From: a virus
Taxonomy: Duplodnaviria > Caudoviricetes
DNA length: 38,476 nt
Virus record (IMG/VR): IMGVR_UViG_3300020043_002188
Location: 1-38,476 of that record
Direction: 5' to 3' (one strand)
The notes under the pieces were generated by a model. The model did not search any database. It had not been told where the DNA came from and saw only the letters and a list, made by a program, of their open reading frames with translations. The position numbers and the translations under genes were made by a program. Below, one piece after another: positions 14,618 through 24,097 of this stretch. The number at the start of each line of letters is the position of its first letter. The first letter of the stretch is position 1.

Positions 14618-16017
14618 CACCTGACCTGCTTCACGACTACCAAAAGAAGGCGGTCAACTTCCAGTCCACGCATCCCAACTCGATGCTGTGGCTGGACATG
14701 GGTCTGGGCAAGACCGTGATCACACTGACCACGCTGGCCCACCTGATCCGCACCAGCTTTCTGCGCGGCGTGATCATCGTCGCCCCCATCCGGGTCATCC
14801 GGCTGGTGTGGCGTCAAGAGGCGGCTAAGTGGGAGCACACCAAGCACCTCAAATTCAGCATGGTGGCAGGCACCAAGGACCAGCGCACCCGCGCTCTCTT
14901 GCGCCCTGCTGACGTGTACATGATCAACTACGAGAACCTCGGCTGGCTTTCTGAAACCTTGCAGACTTACTTCGTCAAGAAGGACCGCCCGATGCCGTTC
15001 AACGGAATCATCTGGGACGAGATCAGCAAGATGAAGAACAGCGCCACGAACCGGGTCAAGGCGTTTCGCAAGATCGCTGACCAGTTCGAGTGGACCACGG
15101 GCCTCACCGGCACACCGGCCAGCAACGGGTACAAAGACCTGCACGGTCAATTCCTCGTGGTGGACAAGGGTGAACGTCTGGGCACCAGCAAGACAGCGTT
15201 TCGCACCCGGTTCTACAAGAAGGCCGGACCCTACAAGGAAGTGCCCTACGAGGACACCGAGGACACCATTAAGAAGCTGATCGGGGACATCACGCTTGAG
15301 ATGTCAGCCGAGGACTACAACCCGCTGCCTGACCTGATCGTCAACAACATCGAGATCGAGATGCCTGACGAGTTGAGGGCCAAGTACGACAGGCTGGAGA
15401 AAGAGTTCTTCATGGTGCTCGACAGCGGCAAGGAGATCGAGGCGTTCAACCAAGCGGCGCTGACCAACAAGTGCTTGCAGTTCTCCAACGGTGCCATGTA
15501 CCCCATCGCCGGGATGCCGCTGTGGGAGCCGGTGCATGACATGAAGCTGGACGCGCTGGAGGACATCATTGACGAGGCCCAAGGATCACCGATCTTGTGC
15601 GCCTATGCGTACCGCAGTGACGCCGAGCGCATCATGACCCGGTTCAAAGACCTGCGGCCCATCAACCTGACCGAGTGCAAGACCGAAGCATCACTGACCA
15701 ACGCCATGCACCGTTGGAAGACTGGCGATTGCCAACTCATGATCGGCCACCCTGCCAGCATGGGCCACGGCATCGACGGCTTGCAGAAGAACGGCCACAT
15801 CCTCGTGTGGTATGGCCTCAACTGGTCGCTGGACCTGTACGAGCAGTTCAACGCCCGAGTGCGCCGCCAAGGCCAAGGTGCCCCGGTCATGTGCCACCGC
15901 ATCTTGATGCAAGACACACTGGATCAAGCGCAGGCACTGGCACTCGATGAAAAAGCATCAACCCAAGCTGGGCTGCGCAACGCAGTCAAACAATATCGTC
16001 AATCCAAAGGAGTATGA
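14611..16017 (+). CDS. SNF2-family helicase
   Basis: DMGLGKT, WDEIS, LTGTP, GHGIDGLQ and QFNARVRRQGQ motifs. Confidence 0.93.
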   Translation: MLTPDLLHDYQKKAVNFQSTHPNSMLWLDMGLGKTVITLTTLAHLIRTSFLRGVIIVAPIRVIRLVWRQEAAKWEHTKHLKFSMVAGTKDQRTRALLRPADVYMINYENLGWLSETLQTYFVKKDRPMPFNGIIWDEISKMKNSATNRVKAFRKIADQFEWTTGLTGTPASNGYKDLHGQFLVVDKGERLGTSKTAFRTRFYKKAGPYKEVPYEDTEDTIKKLIGDITLEMSAEDYNPLPDLIVNNIEIEMPDELRAKYDRLEKEFFMVLDSGKEIEAFNQAALTNKCLQFSNGAMYPIAGMPLWEPVHDMKLDALEDIIDEAQGSPILCAYAYRSDAERIMTRFKDLRPINLTECKTEASLTNAMHRWKTGDCQLMIGHPASMGHGIDGLQKNGHILVWYGLNWSLDLYEQFNARVRRQGQGAPVMCHRILMQDTLDQAQALALDEKASTQAGLRNAVKQYRQSKGV

Positions 16018-16451
16018 GTATGAGCACTGAAGCAATTGAACTTTGGCACAAACGTGCCCGCCCAGAACCCACCGCTGCCGACTTCAACGTGCAGCTTGGG
16101 TGCCACTTCGAGGAGATCGAGGAGATGATGCGATCCATCGACACCAATGATGAGGAGCTATGGACTGATGTGCGGTTGCACATTTACGCATTGTCGAAGA
16201 TGCTCAAGATCAACGAACTCAAGGCCACCATCAATGACCGCAACGAGTTTCTTGACAGCATTGCCGATCAAGTGGTCACCGGCATTGGCGCGGCCTACTG
16301 CGCAGGCATGAAGGGCGCTGTGGCCTGTGACCGGGTGAACACCAGCAACTGGTCTAAGTTTGACCACAACGGCCAGCCCATTCGTGACGCCAACGGCAAG
16401 ATCAAAAAGGGTCCAAATTATCAGCCACCAGTGCTTGACGGCCTCTACTGA
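16014..16451 (+). CDS. MazG-like nucleoside-triphosphate pyrophosphohydrolase
   Basis: EEIEE, DSIADQ and SNWSKF...RDANGKIKKGPNY motifs. Confidence 0.8.
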   Translation: MSMSTEAIELWHKRARPEPTAADFNVQLGCHFEEIEEMMRSIDTNDEELWTDVRLHIYALSKMLKINELKATINDRNEFLDSIADQVVTGIGAAYCAGMKGAVACDRVNTSNWSKFDHNGQPIRDANGKIKKGPNYQPPVLDGLY

Positions 16452-16495
16452 AAGTGTGATACACTTGTTGCACATCAACCATTGGAGTAACTGTA

Positions 16496-16702
16496 ATGAT
16501 CCGAGAAACTATTGAATGGGTAAAAGGTGCGTATGCGACACCAAGCGCCGAAACACTGGCACTGCGCGAGTTGGAAGACAGCAAGCGCAGGCTGCTGGAG
16601 GCCCAGACAGCGCGTGAATACGCTGACAGCATGTGCAAGTACCGCGAGGCCCAGATCAAGCGCCTGACGGCCTATCTGCACAACGCTACGGAGGCAGCAT
16701 GA
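16496..16702 (+). CDS. Hypothetical protein, 68 aa
   Basis: GGAG RBS; coiled-coil character. Confidence 0.75.
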   Translation: MIRETIEWVKGAYATPSAETLALRELEDSKRRLLEAQTAREYADSMCKYREAQIKRLTAYLHNATEAA

Positions 16703-16821
16703 CTCAATGCCAACACCGCTGGATACTGACCCCATCACCACACCGCACTCAGTATCACTACCAATGCGCCCGATGTGCCCAAGTGGCATGGGCAACATTG
16801 AAAGAAAAGGCCGCGTTGTGA
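16699..16821 (+). CDS. Small zinc-ribbon protein, 40 aa
   Basis: MTQCQHRW...YQCARC; GGAGG RBS; ATGA overlap. Confidence 0.65.
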   Translation: MTQCQHRWILTPSPHRTQYHYQCARCAQVAWATLKEKAAL

Positions 16822-17051
16822 AAATCAAAATCTACACCAAGTCGCAGTGTCCCAATTGCGTCACGGCCAAGGCGCTGCTGAAATCCAAGGGGTTGGTGTA
16901 CGACGAGTTTGATGCGGAGAACATTCACATCCGCGCAGACATCGAACACAACCATCCACACATCCGACAGATGCCTGCGATCTGGGTCAATGGTCAATAT
17001 GTCGGTGGATTGGCTGGTCTTCAGGCTGCGCTCAAGCAGATGGGTCTATGA
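16818..17051 (+). CDS. Glutaredoxin
   Basis: KIYTKSQCPNCVTAKALL...MPAIWVNGQYVGG; GTG start at 16818. Confidence 0.9.
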   Translation: MKIKIYTKSQCPNCVTAKALLKSKGLVYDEFDAENIHIRADIEHNHPHIRQMPAIWVNGQYVGGLAGLQAALKQMGL

Positions 17052-17158
17052 ACACATGGCCCTTTCCTCCCCCGGGTGGCCCGGTGCCTTGGACTCCACA
17101 GCAGGAGTCCGAGTACCAGCGCCAGCAGCGCAGCCAGCTACCGGAGGCACCATTTTGA
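17048..17158 (+). CDS. Pro-rich 36-aa peptide (not in ORF track)
   Basis: MNTWPFPPPGGPVPWTPQQESEYQRQQRSQLPEAPF; 4-bp overlaps with both neighbours. Confidence 0.6.
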   Translation: MNTWPFPPPGGPVPWTPQQESEYQRQQRSQLPEAPF

Positions 17159-17523
17159 GCAGTCTCAACCGTGGGCAGCGGGTCATTGACACCACTGCCG
17201 CCATTGTCGAGTTTGGCGAGATCACTGCGATGGAGTTGGCCGAGTATTTGGACATCACCCGGTACGATGCCCACGCCGTGCTGAACCGCATGAACAAGCG
17301 CACCAAAGCCGGACTCAAACGCATCTATGTCGTGCGCTACATCGACGACCACGATGGTGCCCGCACCTATCCCCGGGCTGTCTTTGCGATGGGTGACAAG
17401 CCTGACGCCAAAAAGCCCAAGGCTGACCAGCTTGCCGTCAAGCGCCGGTACTATGCACGGCTGAAGTCGCGCACCACCATGAACAGCGTGTTCAACCTCG
17501 GGATGCACTGGAGAGCAGCATGA
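17155..17523 (+). CDS. Putative winged-helix DNA-binding protein
   Basis: ITAMELAEYLDITRYDAHAVLNRM HTH pattern; TTG start inferred from the overlap. Confidence 0.65.
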   Translation: MSSLNRGQRVIDTTAAIVEFGEITAMELAEYLDITRYDAHAVLNRMNKRTKAGLKRIYVVRYIDDHDGARTYPRAVFAMGDKPDAKKPKADQLAVKRRYYARLKSRTTMNSVFNLGMHWRAA

Positions 17524-18005
17524 GAAAACGCAGCAAGTACAGACCGAAGCCTGTGTTGGTCAACCCACTCGGGTACGTCATTGAGTCCCTGACTCCAGTG
17601 ACCCGGCACGAGAACTTCCTGTTGGACCTGAAGATCAAGAACAGCGAGTCGATGGTGTCATTGATGCAGGGCCGCGCCACCAAGGCCGACATGGACATTC
17701 TGATTGCCATGTCGAACGTCACCGAGGCGCTGCATCAAATGGGGTTTGGCGCAGAATATCAGGATGTTTGTGTCGGTGGCCGTATTGCCATTTTGACCAT
17801 CATCGAACGTGCCCGCCAGCATGGCCGATTCACACCCACCGGTCCAGAGATTCAGTTGCTCAACTTGCTCATGGAACTGCATGATGCCCAAATGGACGTG
17901 ATCACCGTGCGCGACATCGAGAAGGCGCTGGCGCTGGTGAAGTTCAAGATTCAATACGACAAAGACACGATCAAATTGGCAAAAGTACCGGAGATGATGA
18001 CATGA
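17520..18005 (+). CDS. Hypothetical protein, 161 aa
   Basis: ATGA overlaps; basic N-terminus MRKRSKYRPK. Confidence 0.75.
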   Translation: MRKRSKYRPKPVLVNPLGYVIESLTPVTRHENFLLDLKIKNSESMVSLMQGRATKADMDILIAMSNVTEALHQMGFGAEYQDVCVGGRIAILTIIERARQHGRFTPTGPEIQLLNLLMELHDAQMDVITVRDIEKALALVKFKIQYDKDTIKLAKVPEMMT

Positions 18006-18214
18006 ACTGCTGCGACGAATACGGAAACTGCAACCAAGGGCGCGACTGCCCAGTGCGGGTTGCAAGAATCAAACAACGGTACCCAAAACACCCTGATGGA
18101 AAATATCAGCCGTATTTGAACCGGCACCTCAAGCGGCTGGCGTATTGGATGCTGATGGCCTTGATCGGCCTGACCGTGTGGCCGGTGCTGGCTTACTTGG
18201 TCTTGCGGGCGTAG
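18002..18214 (+). CDS. Small membrane protein with N-terminal CxQGRxCP motif
   Basis: MNCCDEYGNCNQGRDCP followed by a C-terminal hydrophobic segment. Confidence 0.7.
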   Translation: MNCCDEYGNCNQGRDCPVRVARIKQRYPKHPDGKYQPYLNRHLKRLAYWMLMALIGLTVWPVLAYLVLRA

Positions 18215-18561
18215 AACAGGGTGCGGTCACCGAACAGGTAGAACCCAACAGCACCGGCAAAGTTGTCCACGGACTCGCTGTCGATGCTGTTGACCTTGAG
18301 GTAAGCCCAAGTGCCCAGCACAACGACCCCGACAGCAGGGCGCATCAAACGCACAGCAGCCTCAACCCACGGGTATGAGGGGTTGGTGCCCCCTGCATCG
18401 TTCATCGCCTTGAACATGTTCAGATCGAGTTCGCGCATCTTGACGTACTCGTCCACGTTCACCGGCTTGTAGCTGTCGGTCTGGATGAACCTGCCGATCA
18501 GGGATTTGCCCAAGTCAACGGCCAGCGGGCCAAGGGCTGCGAGGATGGTCAACGGGTCCAT
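18193..18561 (-). CDS. Holin-like membrane protein, 122 aa
   Basis: Start MDPLTILAALG overlaps the endolysin stop; RPAVGVVVLGTW and GFYLFGDR resemble 3TM holins. Confidence 0.65.
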   Translation of the reverse strand: MDPLTILAALGPLAVDLGKSLIGRFIQTDSYKPVNVDEYVKMRELDLNMFKAMNDAGGTNPSYPWVEAAVRLMRPAVGVVVLGTWAYLKVNSIDSESVDNFAGAVGFYLFGDRTLFYARKTK

Positions 18562-18953
18562 TATGGGTACTCCTTTTTGGGCAACTGCCAGTGCGGTCCG
18601 TCTCTCATTTTCCAGTTGCCGCCCCATTCGATTGGCACACCGACCAGCTTGGACGCCTCTTGCATGGCGGTATTGATCTTGTGGTACAGCGGCCACGACC
18701 AGTCAACTTGATCGTCAACCCATGCGCCCAGATCGACGGCTTTGGCAAACCCATCGGCACCCGGAATGTGGCGCGAGTTCATGGTCTGACTGGCTCCCGA
18801 CTCCACCAGCTTCTTTTGGCGAACCGCATCGCGGACACCTTCAAGCACGGTGAAGTCCACGGTAGTCAGTTGAATGGCCTTTTCGACCACCTTGACCAGA
18901 TCGGGGTGAACACCCTTGAGTCGCGCTTTAGATCGGACACCAAGGCTGTACAT
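18561..18953 (-). CDS. Endolysin, M15 peptidase (T5 lysin-like L-Ala-D-Glu peptidase)
   Basis: LKGVHPDL, EGVRD..RQ, SRH...AVD and WGGNW...DGPHWQL motifs. Confidence 0.92.
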   Translation of the reverse strand: MYSLGVRSKARLKGVHPDLVKVVEKAIQLTTVDFTVLEGVRDAVRQKKLVESGASQTMNSRHIPGADGFAKAVDLGAWVDDQVDWSWPLYHKINTAMQEASKLVGVPIEWGGNWKMRDGPHWQLPKKEYP

Positions 18954-18954
18954 C

Positions 18955-19194
18955 TCAATGACCCTTGAGCCAACTTAGGGCAAACCCTATGGCGCTGGAG
19001 ACAAATGAAACAAAGGCCATCCCGGCCCAGAAGCCGCCGCGCCCTTGGTTGGCAAGGGCCACCAGCTTTTCGACGTTGGCTTCCATCTTGTCCATTTTGT
19101 TGGACATTTCATCGAAGCGGCGCTCGTAATTCTGAACGCGCTCCCACAAAACTCCGTATTTCACTGGGTCAATCTCGGCACTCTCGAAAGCCAT
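18955..19194 (-). CDS. Coiled-coil plus C-terminal TM protein (holin/antiholin-like)
   Basis: Next to the endolysin; coiled coil followed by GFWAGMAFVSFVSSAIGFALSW. Confidence 0.65.
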   Translation of the reverse strand: MAFESAEIDPVKYGVLWERVQNYERRFDEMSNKMDKMEANVEKLVALANQGRGGFWAGMAFVSFVSSAIGFALSWLKGH

Positions 19195-19200
19195 CTCTTG

Positions 19201-21156
19201 TTACTCCATTGCCAACGGCTCAAAGCTGATAAGCGAATTTTGGACTTCACTGGCAGGGGCCAGCATGTTTACGGCAGCAGGGGTGCGCAACGCTTTGGAT
19301 GCGGCTTTGCCTGTTTTTTTGAAAGGATCGGCCAACTTTTGACCCTTGGCTTGACGGGCCATTGCCTTCTCAAGCGCAACAGCAGCGGCAGCAGGGTCCA
19401 GCATCTCAGCGGCCAACTCGATTGCCAGCTTTTGATCCAGCTTGCCTTGCATCCGGCGCAGCAGATCGTTGGCGACCGTGGTGACGTTGTTGATGAAGTT
19501 GGGAGCGCGGACGCTGCCCATGACCTCGGTGCCCATCAGGGTCACGTCAGGACCAGCGCCCCGGGCGGCAGCGGCTTGAGTCTCGGCTTGACGAGCACGG
19601 GCCAGATCGGCGCGGACATCATCGACGATCTTCAGTTGCTCGGGGGTCAACACTTCAGACAGGTTTTGGAACCGCGATTCACCCGTGGCCCGCTTGATGG
19701 TGCCCGGGGCGTTTTCCAATGCACCAGCGTACCCTGCGGCCCGCAGGCGGGCGGTTTCCTCACCCAGCGCAGGCTTGAGTTTGCCTTCAAGGAACTGGCC
19801 GACTTCCATCTGGTTGATCGGCTTGCTCTGGGCGGCAAAGGTTTCCCGGGCCGTGCGATAGGACGGGGCTTTGCTCTCGGCCCAGTTCAGGAACTGAGCG
19901 CGGGTTCTGCCAATCGCCTTCGCTTCAGCCGAGCCGATGCCGAATGTGGCTGGGTCTTTAATCAGGTCGTCAAACGCCATCTTCATTGCGTGAAGGCTGC
20001 TGCCCGGATACTTAGCCACTTCGCCCGGGATCACTGTCTGACCCATCGGACGACCAGCTTCATCGACGATGCTGGACGGCACAACCTGTGAGGGTCGATT
20101 CTGACCGATCTGGAATGGCTGACCCTTCTCAGCGGCCAAGTCGCTGGCGCGGGCCAACACTTTGTCCATCGAGGGGCGACTGAGTAGCGACGAGAATGTG
20201 TCATCAGCCACCACCATCGCATTGTCGGAAATGCCATACAACTCCTTGGCCGTGGCGCTTCGAGCAGCCTCGGCGGCTTTGAGTTCTGCGGGTGTCTTGC
20301 CGACCTGTTGCACAGCGGCAAGCTGCGCAGCCTTTTGAGCCTCGGCCCGCTCATAAAACGGGGTCGGGGTGGTGCGGGCAGCAGAGTCGCCCATTGCCGA
20401 GAACCGGGTGGCTCCCACGGGTGCGGCGGCTTGCGCAGCAGTTGGGCGGCTTCCGGGCACGATCTCGGTTTGACCACGCAGGGCATTGACGATCTCAGGA
20501 CCACGACCTTCAGCGGCTGTCAGGTACGCTGCCGACTTTGGGTCGAGTGCGTTGTAAACAGCACCCACACCCTTTGCGGCCAGCTTGATGGGCTGCTCGA
20601 TGATGGGCGCGATGGGGCGCATTGGGTTAATGGCAGCACCGGTCCGCGAAAGCGCAGCGCCGGTCTGCGTGGCACCCAGCTTGGTCGCGGCAGCACCGCC
20701 CCCAGTCAGCAGGGTGGACAGATCAGCAGCAGCGCCCACTGGGTCTTCGGCAAACGTGCGCTTGATACCCTCGTAGCTACCGTAGCGGTCCTTGTACATG
20801 CCACCGATGGCGTTGGCTGTCTGGACAGCCCGCTGCGCAGCTTCAGGGTCGACTTCAAACCGGTCGATAAAGTTGACCACGCCTTGCGGCAGCGAGTTGC
20901 GCAACGCACCAGCACCAGCATCGAGGATGCCGGTGAGGGTTTGAAGCGGACTGGTCACGGCCTGCACGACACCGCCGACAAACTTGCCTGCACTCTCGGG
21001 CAGGTTCTTGACGGCCTCCACGGGCACCTCGGTCAGCGAGTAACCACGGCGTGGGCCGGGGATGCCACCAGAAGGTGCTGCGGGGGCGAACTGAGCAAAC
21101 GGGTTGTCGGACTTTGCGGGCTGTGCTGCAAATTGTGCAAACGGGTTCTCTGCCAT
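19201..21156 (-). CDS. Internal virion / DNA ejection protein, 651 aa
   Basis: Ala-rich helical protein with repeated NPFAQFA at the N-terminus; third of three genes in the P22 gp7/gp20/gp16 position. Confidence 0.75.
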   Translation of the reverse strand: MAENPFAQFAAQPAKSDNPFAQFAPAAPSGGIPGPRRGYSLTEVPVEAVKNLPESAGKFVGGVVQAVTSPLQTLTGILDAGAGALRNSLPQGVVNFIDRFEVDPEAAQRAVQTANAIGGMYKDRYGSYEGIKRTFAEDPVGAAADLSTLLTGGGAAATKLGATQTGAALSRTGAAINPMRPIAPIIEQPIKLAAKGVGAVYNALDPKSAAYLTAAEGRGPEIVNALRGQTEIVPGSRPTAAQAAAPVGATRFSAMGDSAARTTPTPFYERAEAQKAAQLAAVQQVGKTPAELKAAEAARSATAKELYGISDNAMVVADDTFSSLLSRPSMDKVLARASDLAAEKGQPFQIGQNRPSQVVPSSIVDEAGRPMGQTVIPGEVAKYPGSSLHAMKMAFDDLIKDPATFGIGSAEAKAIGRTRAQFLNWAESKAPSYRTARETFAAQSKPINQMEVGQFLEGKLKPALGEETARLRAAGYAGALENAPGTIKRATGESRFQNLSEVLTPEQLKIVDDVRADLARARQAETQAAAARGAGPDVTLMGTEVMGSVRAPNFINNVTTVANDLLRRMQGKLDQKLAIELAAEMLDPAAAAVALEKAMARQAKGQKLADPFKKTGKAASKALRTPAAVNMLAPASEVQNSLISFEPLAME

Positions 21157-22563
21157 TTACTTCCCCTTGAGTACTCTTGCTGCCGACCCAGCGCCAAAGA
21201 TGGCATCGAACTGCTCGGGAGTGCCTTGACCTGCTTGCAGCGCCTGAATCGCACCACTCGGGATTGTCATGACAGACGAGGTTTTGCGTGGCGGCACAAC
21301 CACCGGATCGGTGGAAATACCGGTACCTTCGAGAGCAGCGGCGGGAATCTGCTGGACACGCTTGTTCCACGAATCTGCGCTTTTTTCGGCAGCAAGGCGG
21401 GACAGACGTGCCAGTTCGGTAAGTGACTTGGCATCGTAGCTGAGTTGACCGGCCTTGGCCTTTTCCAAGAAGTCTCGGTCGGCGTTGGTGAAGCCCTGAC
21501 CTGCGCCAAGGTTCGACGATTTGATTGCACCCAGCGTTGTCTCGGCCAACGAGGAAACCAGCACCTCGGTGTTGCGAATCTTTTCCGAGTCGGTACCACC
21601 GGCCAAATTCAGTGCTTTGGCGATCTGCAAGCGGGCGTTGGCACCCGTACCGGTAATCACTTTACCTGTACTGATCAGGTCCATCACTCGGTCGGCAGTT
21701 GCCGCAGCTTGCGGTGCATTCTCAGCAGCACTTAGCTTGGCTGCATCTTGATCGGCAATCAGACCACCAAACCGCTCACCGTACTTTTTCTCGGTGCTGA
21801 CGTTGACGTTGGTTGCACCAGACTTGGCGATGCGCGATTTTTGCGCCTCGACAGCAGCAGGCAGCGGAACATCGGCGTAGGTGCCCACGGTTGTAGGTGT
21901 ACCACCGAGACCGGGAATCTGAATGACTTGACGCTGCCCGCTCTGGTCCACCACCTGTGTCGTGGGCTTGTTCATCTCCATGAACTTTTCGGTGCCCAGC
22001 TTGGACTCGTTGATCAATCGAGCAAGGCCACCGGGTGTCTGCATCAACTGCTGAATGCGCTGCATCGACTGATCCACCGTAATACCACGGGCTTCCAGTG
22101 CCTTGCCGATCACGGGATCGGCATGGTTGGCGCGATGCCACTGCATGTATGCCTCGGCAGCACCGGGCGAAGATGGGTCCAGCGTGTCGAGAAAGCTGCG
22201 CGACTGCTTCAGCTTGGAGTCCAGCAGTTCCACTTGCCCTTTTTGCTGCGCTGTTCTAGCAGTCTGCAATTCACTCAGACCCTTTTCAATACCGGGCAGC
22301 TTGGAGCCAAAGCCACCAGTCGAAAGCGACCCGCGCAGCTTGTTGACATCCACTTCACCGGTTTGCGGGTTGTATGCTTCAGCGTAAGCGCGGTTCAGCG
22401 CATTCGTTGATTCTTGCTCACGTTGCAGATTTTGCATTTGCAACTGAGCGAGTTGATTTTGTTGCTGCGCACCTTGGATCGCGGCCACACGGCCATACTG
22501 AGCCAGTGGGTCTTGCAGTTCGATACCTTTGACAGCCAGTGCGATGTTTGGATTGATGGGCAT
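21157..22563 (-). CDS. Internal virion / DNA ejection protein, 468 aa
   Basis: Gln/Ala-rich helical protein; synteny. Confidence 0.72.
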   Translation of the reverse strand: MPINPNIALAVKGIELQDPLAQYGRVAAIQGAQQQNQLAQLQMQNLQREQESTNALNRAYAEAYNPQTGEVDVNKLRGSLSTGGFGSKLPGIEKGLSELQTARTAQQKGQVELLDSKLKQSRSFLDTLDPSSPGAAEAYMQWHRANHADPVIGKALEARGITVDQSMQRIQQLMQTPGGLARLINESKLGTEKFMEMNKPTTQVVDQSGQRQVIQIPGLGGTPTTVGTYADVPLPAAVEAQKSRIAKSGATNVNVSTEKKYGERFGGLIADQDAAKLSAAENAPQAAATADRVMDLISTGKVITGTGANARLQIAKALNLAGGTDSEKIRNTEVLVSSLAETTLGAIKSSNLGAGQGFTNADRDFLEKAKAGQLSYDAKSLTELARLSRLAAEKSADSWNKRVQQIPAAALEGTGISTDPVVVPPRKTSSVMTIPSGAIQALQAGQGTPEQFDAIFGAGSAARVLKGK

Positions 22564-22566
22564 GAT

Positions 22567-23280
22567 TTATCCTTGCACAGACGATGCGTCGATACCGGGG
22601 CCGTAGTTTGGGGTTTGCCACGAGTATCCACCGCCGCCACCAGAAGGAGCCAGTCGGTTCATCAACTGCTGACCCTGATAATAGTTCAAGCCGGTGTTCA
22701 AAGCACCCGTCAGCGCGTTGGCCTGACCCACGTAACCCGAGGCTCGTGCGGCTGCACCAGACTGCTGAATGTCGCCCACGTTCGATGCCATCTGCATCCC
22801 GGACTGACCGATCTGCTGTGCTGTGGTTTGACCCACACCGGCCAGCGATTGCAGTGGCTGGAGTCGGGCAGCGCGTTCAGTTTGGTACCGGTTGAATGCG
22901 TTCATGTACTCTTGCGATCCGAGGTCTTGCCCGAATCGCTGAATGCCTTTGAGTGTGGCACCGGACAACAGACCACCACGAGCAGCAGCGGATCGCTCCA
23001 GACCCTTCATGCCTTCGGACATGCGGAACGAATAACCGGGGTCAGCTTGGAACTGGTCCATGCCGAAGTTTTGGTAATCGGTCAGCGGAATCAGCTTGTT
23101 GAGAGCCTGCTCACCAGCTTTGCGCCACGGTTCGGACAGTTCAACCTGTCGCTCAAACATGCGCTCTTGACCAGCCGCTGCACGATCGGCAGCAGCGGCT
23201 TGAGTTCCTGCGGCCTTGTTAGCAGAAATACCCCCGATTACAGCACTGCCGACTACGGCACCAGCTACCCAAAATGTCAT
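22567..23280 (-). CDS. DNA transfer protein, P22 gp7-like
   Basis: Hydrophobic Gly/Ala N-terminus; DPGYSFR...ERSAAARGGLLSGATLK motif. Confidence 0.82.
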   Translation of the reverse strand: MTFWVAGAVVGSAVIGGISANKAAGTQAAAADRAAAGQERMFERQVELSEPWRKAGEQALNKLIPLTDYQNFGMDQFQADPGYSFRMSEGMKGLERSAAARGGLLSGATLKGIQRFGQDLGSQEYMNAFNRYQTERAARLQPLQSLAGVGQTTAQQIGQSGMQMASNVGDIQQSGAAARASGYVGQANALTGALNTGLNYYQGQQLMNRLAPSGGGGGYSWQTPNYGPGIDASSVQG

Positions 23281-23750
23281 GGTGACACCTCAATTTGTTT
23301 GTTCTTGACCGTGTTGCCCAAAGCATACATCGAATCGGGTTCCACCTCAACCAACTCGGCCTCGGCTTCCTCGACCGTTGTCGCGTCGATGGCGTGAAAC
23401 GTCATGCAAAGCGCGTCAGTGATTGCGTACACTGCCCGCTTTGTCCCGGGTTTACTTTGGAACAAGTGAGGCCCGGTGACCTCTTGCACATTACCCTCGC
23501 CGTCCGTGATCGCCACGGTTCCAGACACGATAAGGTACAGGTGCTCTTTTTTGTGGATTGCGCCAACTACCAACACACCAGCATGACGAAACACCTCGCG
23601 GCAGTACATGCCGCCGTGGAAATAGTGCTTTGTCTCAGGTTCGTACTGTGGCAGTTTTGACAGTTCCTGCTGGAGCGATTCTACCTTTTGCCGCATCATT
23701 TGAGGCGGCGCAACGGCAAACCCTTCTCCGTAAGTCACTGTCATGTTCAC
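23277..23750 (-). CDS. Cupin-fold protein
   Basis: HYFHGGMYCRE...GAIHKKEH...SGTV...SKPGTKR beta-rich pattern. Confidence 0.65.
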   Translation of the reverse strand: MNMTVTYGEGFAVAPPQMMRQKVESLQQELSKLPQYEPETKHYFHGGMYCREVFRHAGVLVVGAIHKKEHLYLIVSGTVAITDGEGNVQEVTGPHLFQSKPGTKRAVYAITDALCMTFHAIDATTVEEAEAELVEVEPDSMYALGNTVKNKQIEVSP

Positions 23751-24085
23751 TGAGTCACCTCACGACCACTGACGCGCATGTTGATGGCGCTGGCGGTTCC
23801 TGCGATTGTACTGATGAAGTCGCCGGGGTTCAAAACCTGCCCCACGAGTTCGGGAAACGTGTAAACCTCAGACGGCTGAAGCGTCTTGGTCTTGGTGATC
23901 AGGTTGATGTTGCCAGCGGACCCGGCAGTCGTGACCAAGTTGACCGAGATCGTCGCAGCCGTGGCGCTGTAATTGGTCGCCGTGAACTTGTCGATGATTG
24001 CAGTCACGTTGTTCGCCGTGTACTGGGTGGTTTGAGTCGCCTCGACCGTTTTGGCCGGGATGATGTTCTTGACGATGACTGTCAT
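23747..24085 (-). CDS. Small beta-rich virion protein, 112 aa
   Basis: Thr-rich; AAGGAG RBS; within the tail cluster. Confidence 0.7.
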   Translation of the reverse strand: MTVIVKNIIPAKTVEATQTTQYTANNVTAIIDKFTATNYSATAATISVNLVTTAGSAGNINLITKTKTLQPSEVYTFPELVGQVLNPGDFISTIAGTASAINMRVSGREVTQ

Positions 24086-24097
24086 TCGGGTTTCTCC

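Noticed and set aside
19045-23397. Long plus-strand ORFs (348, 372, 220 and 327 aa)
   Set aside because: Antisense to the ejection genes; stop-poor reverse frames are expected from GC-rich codon bias.
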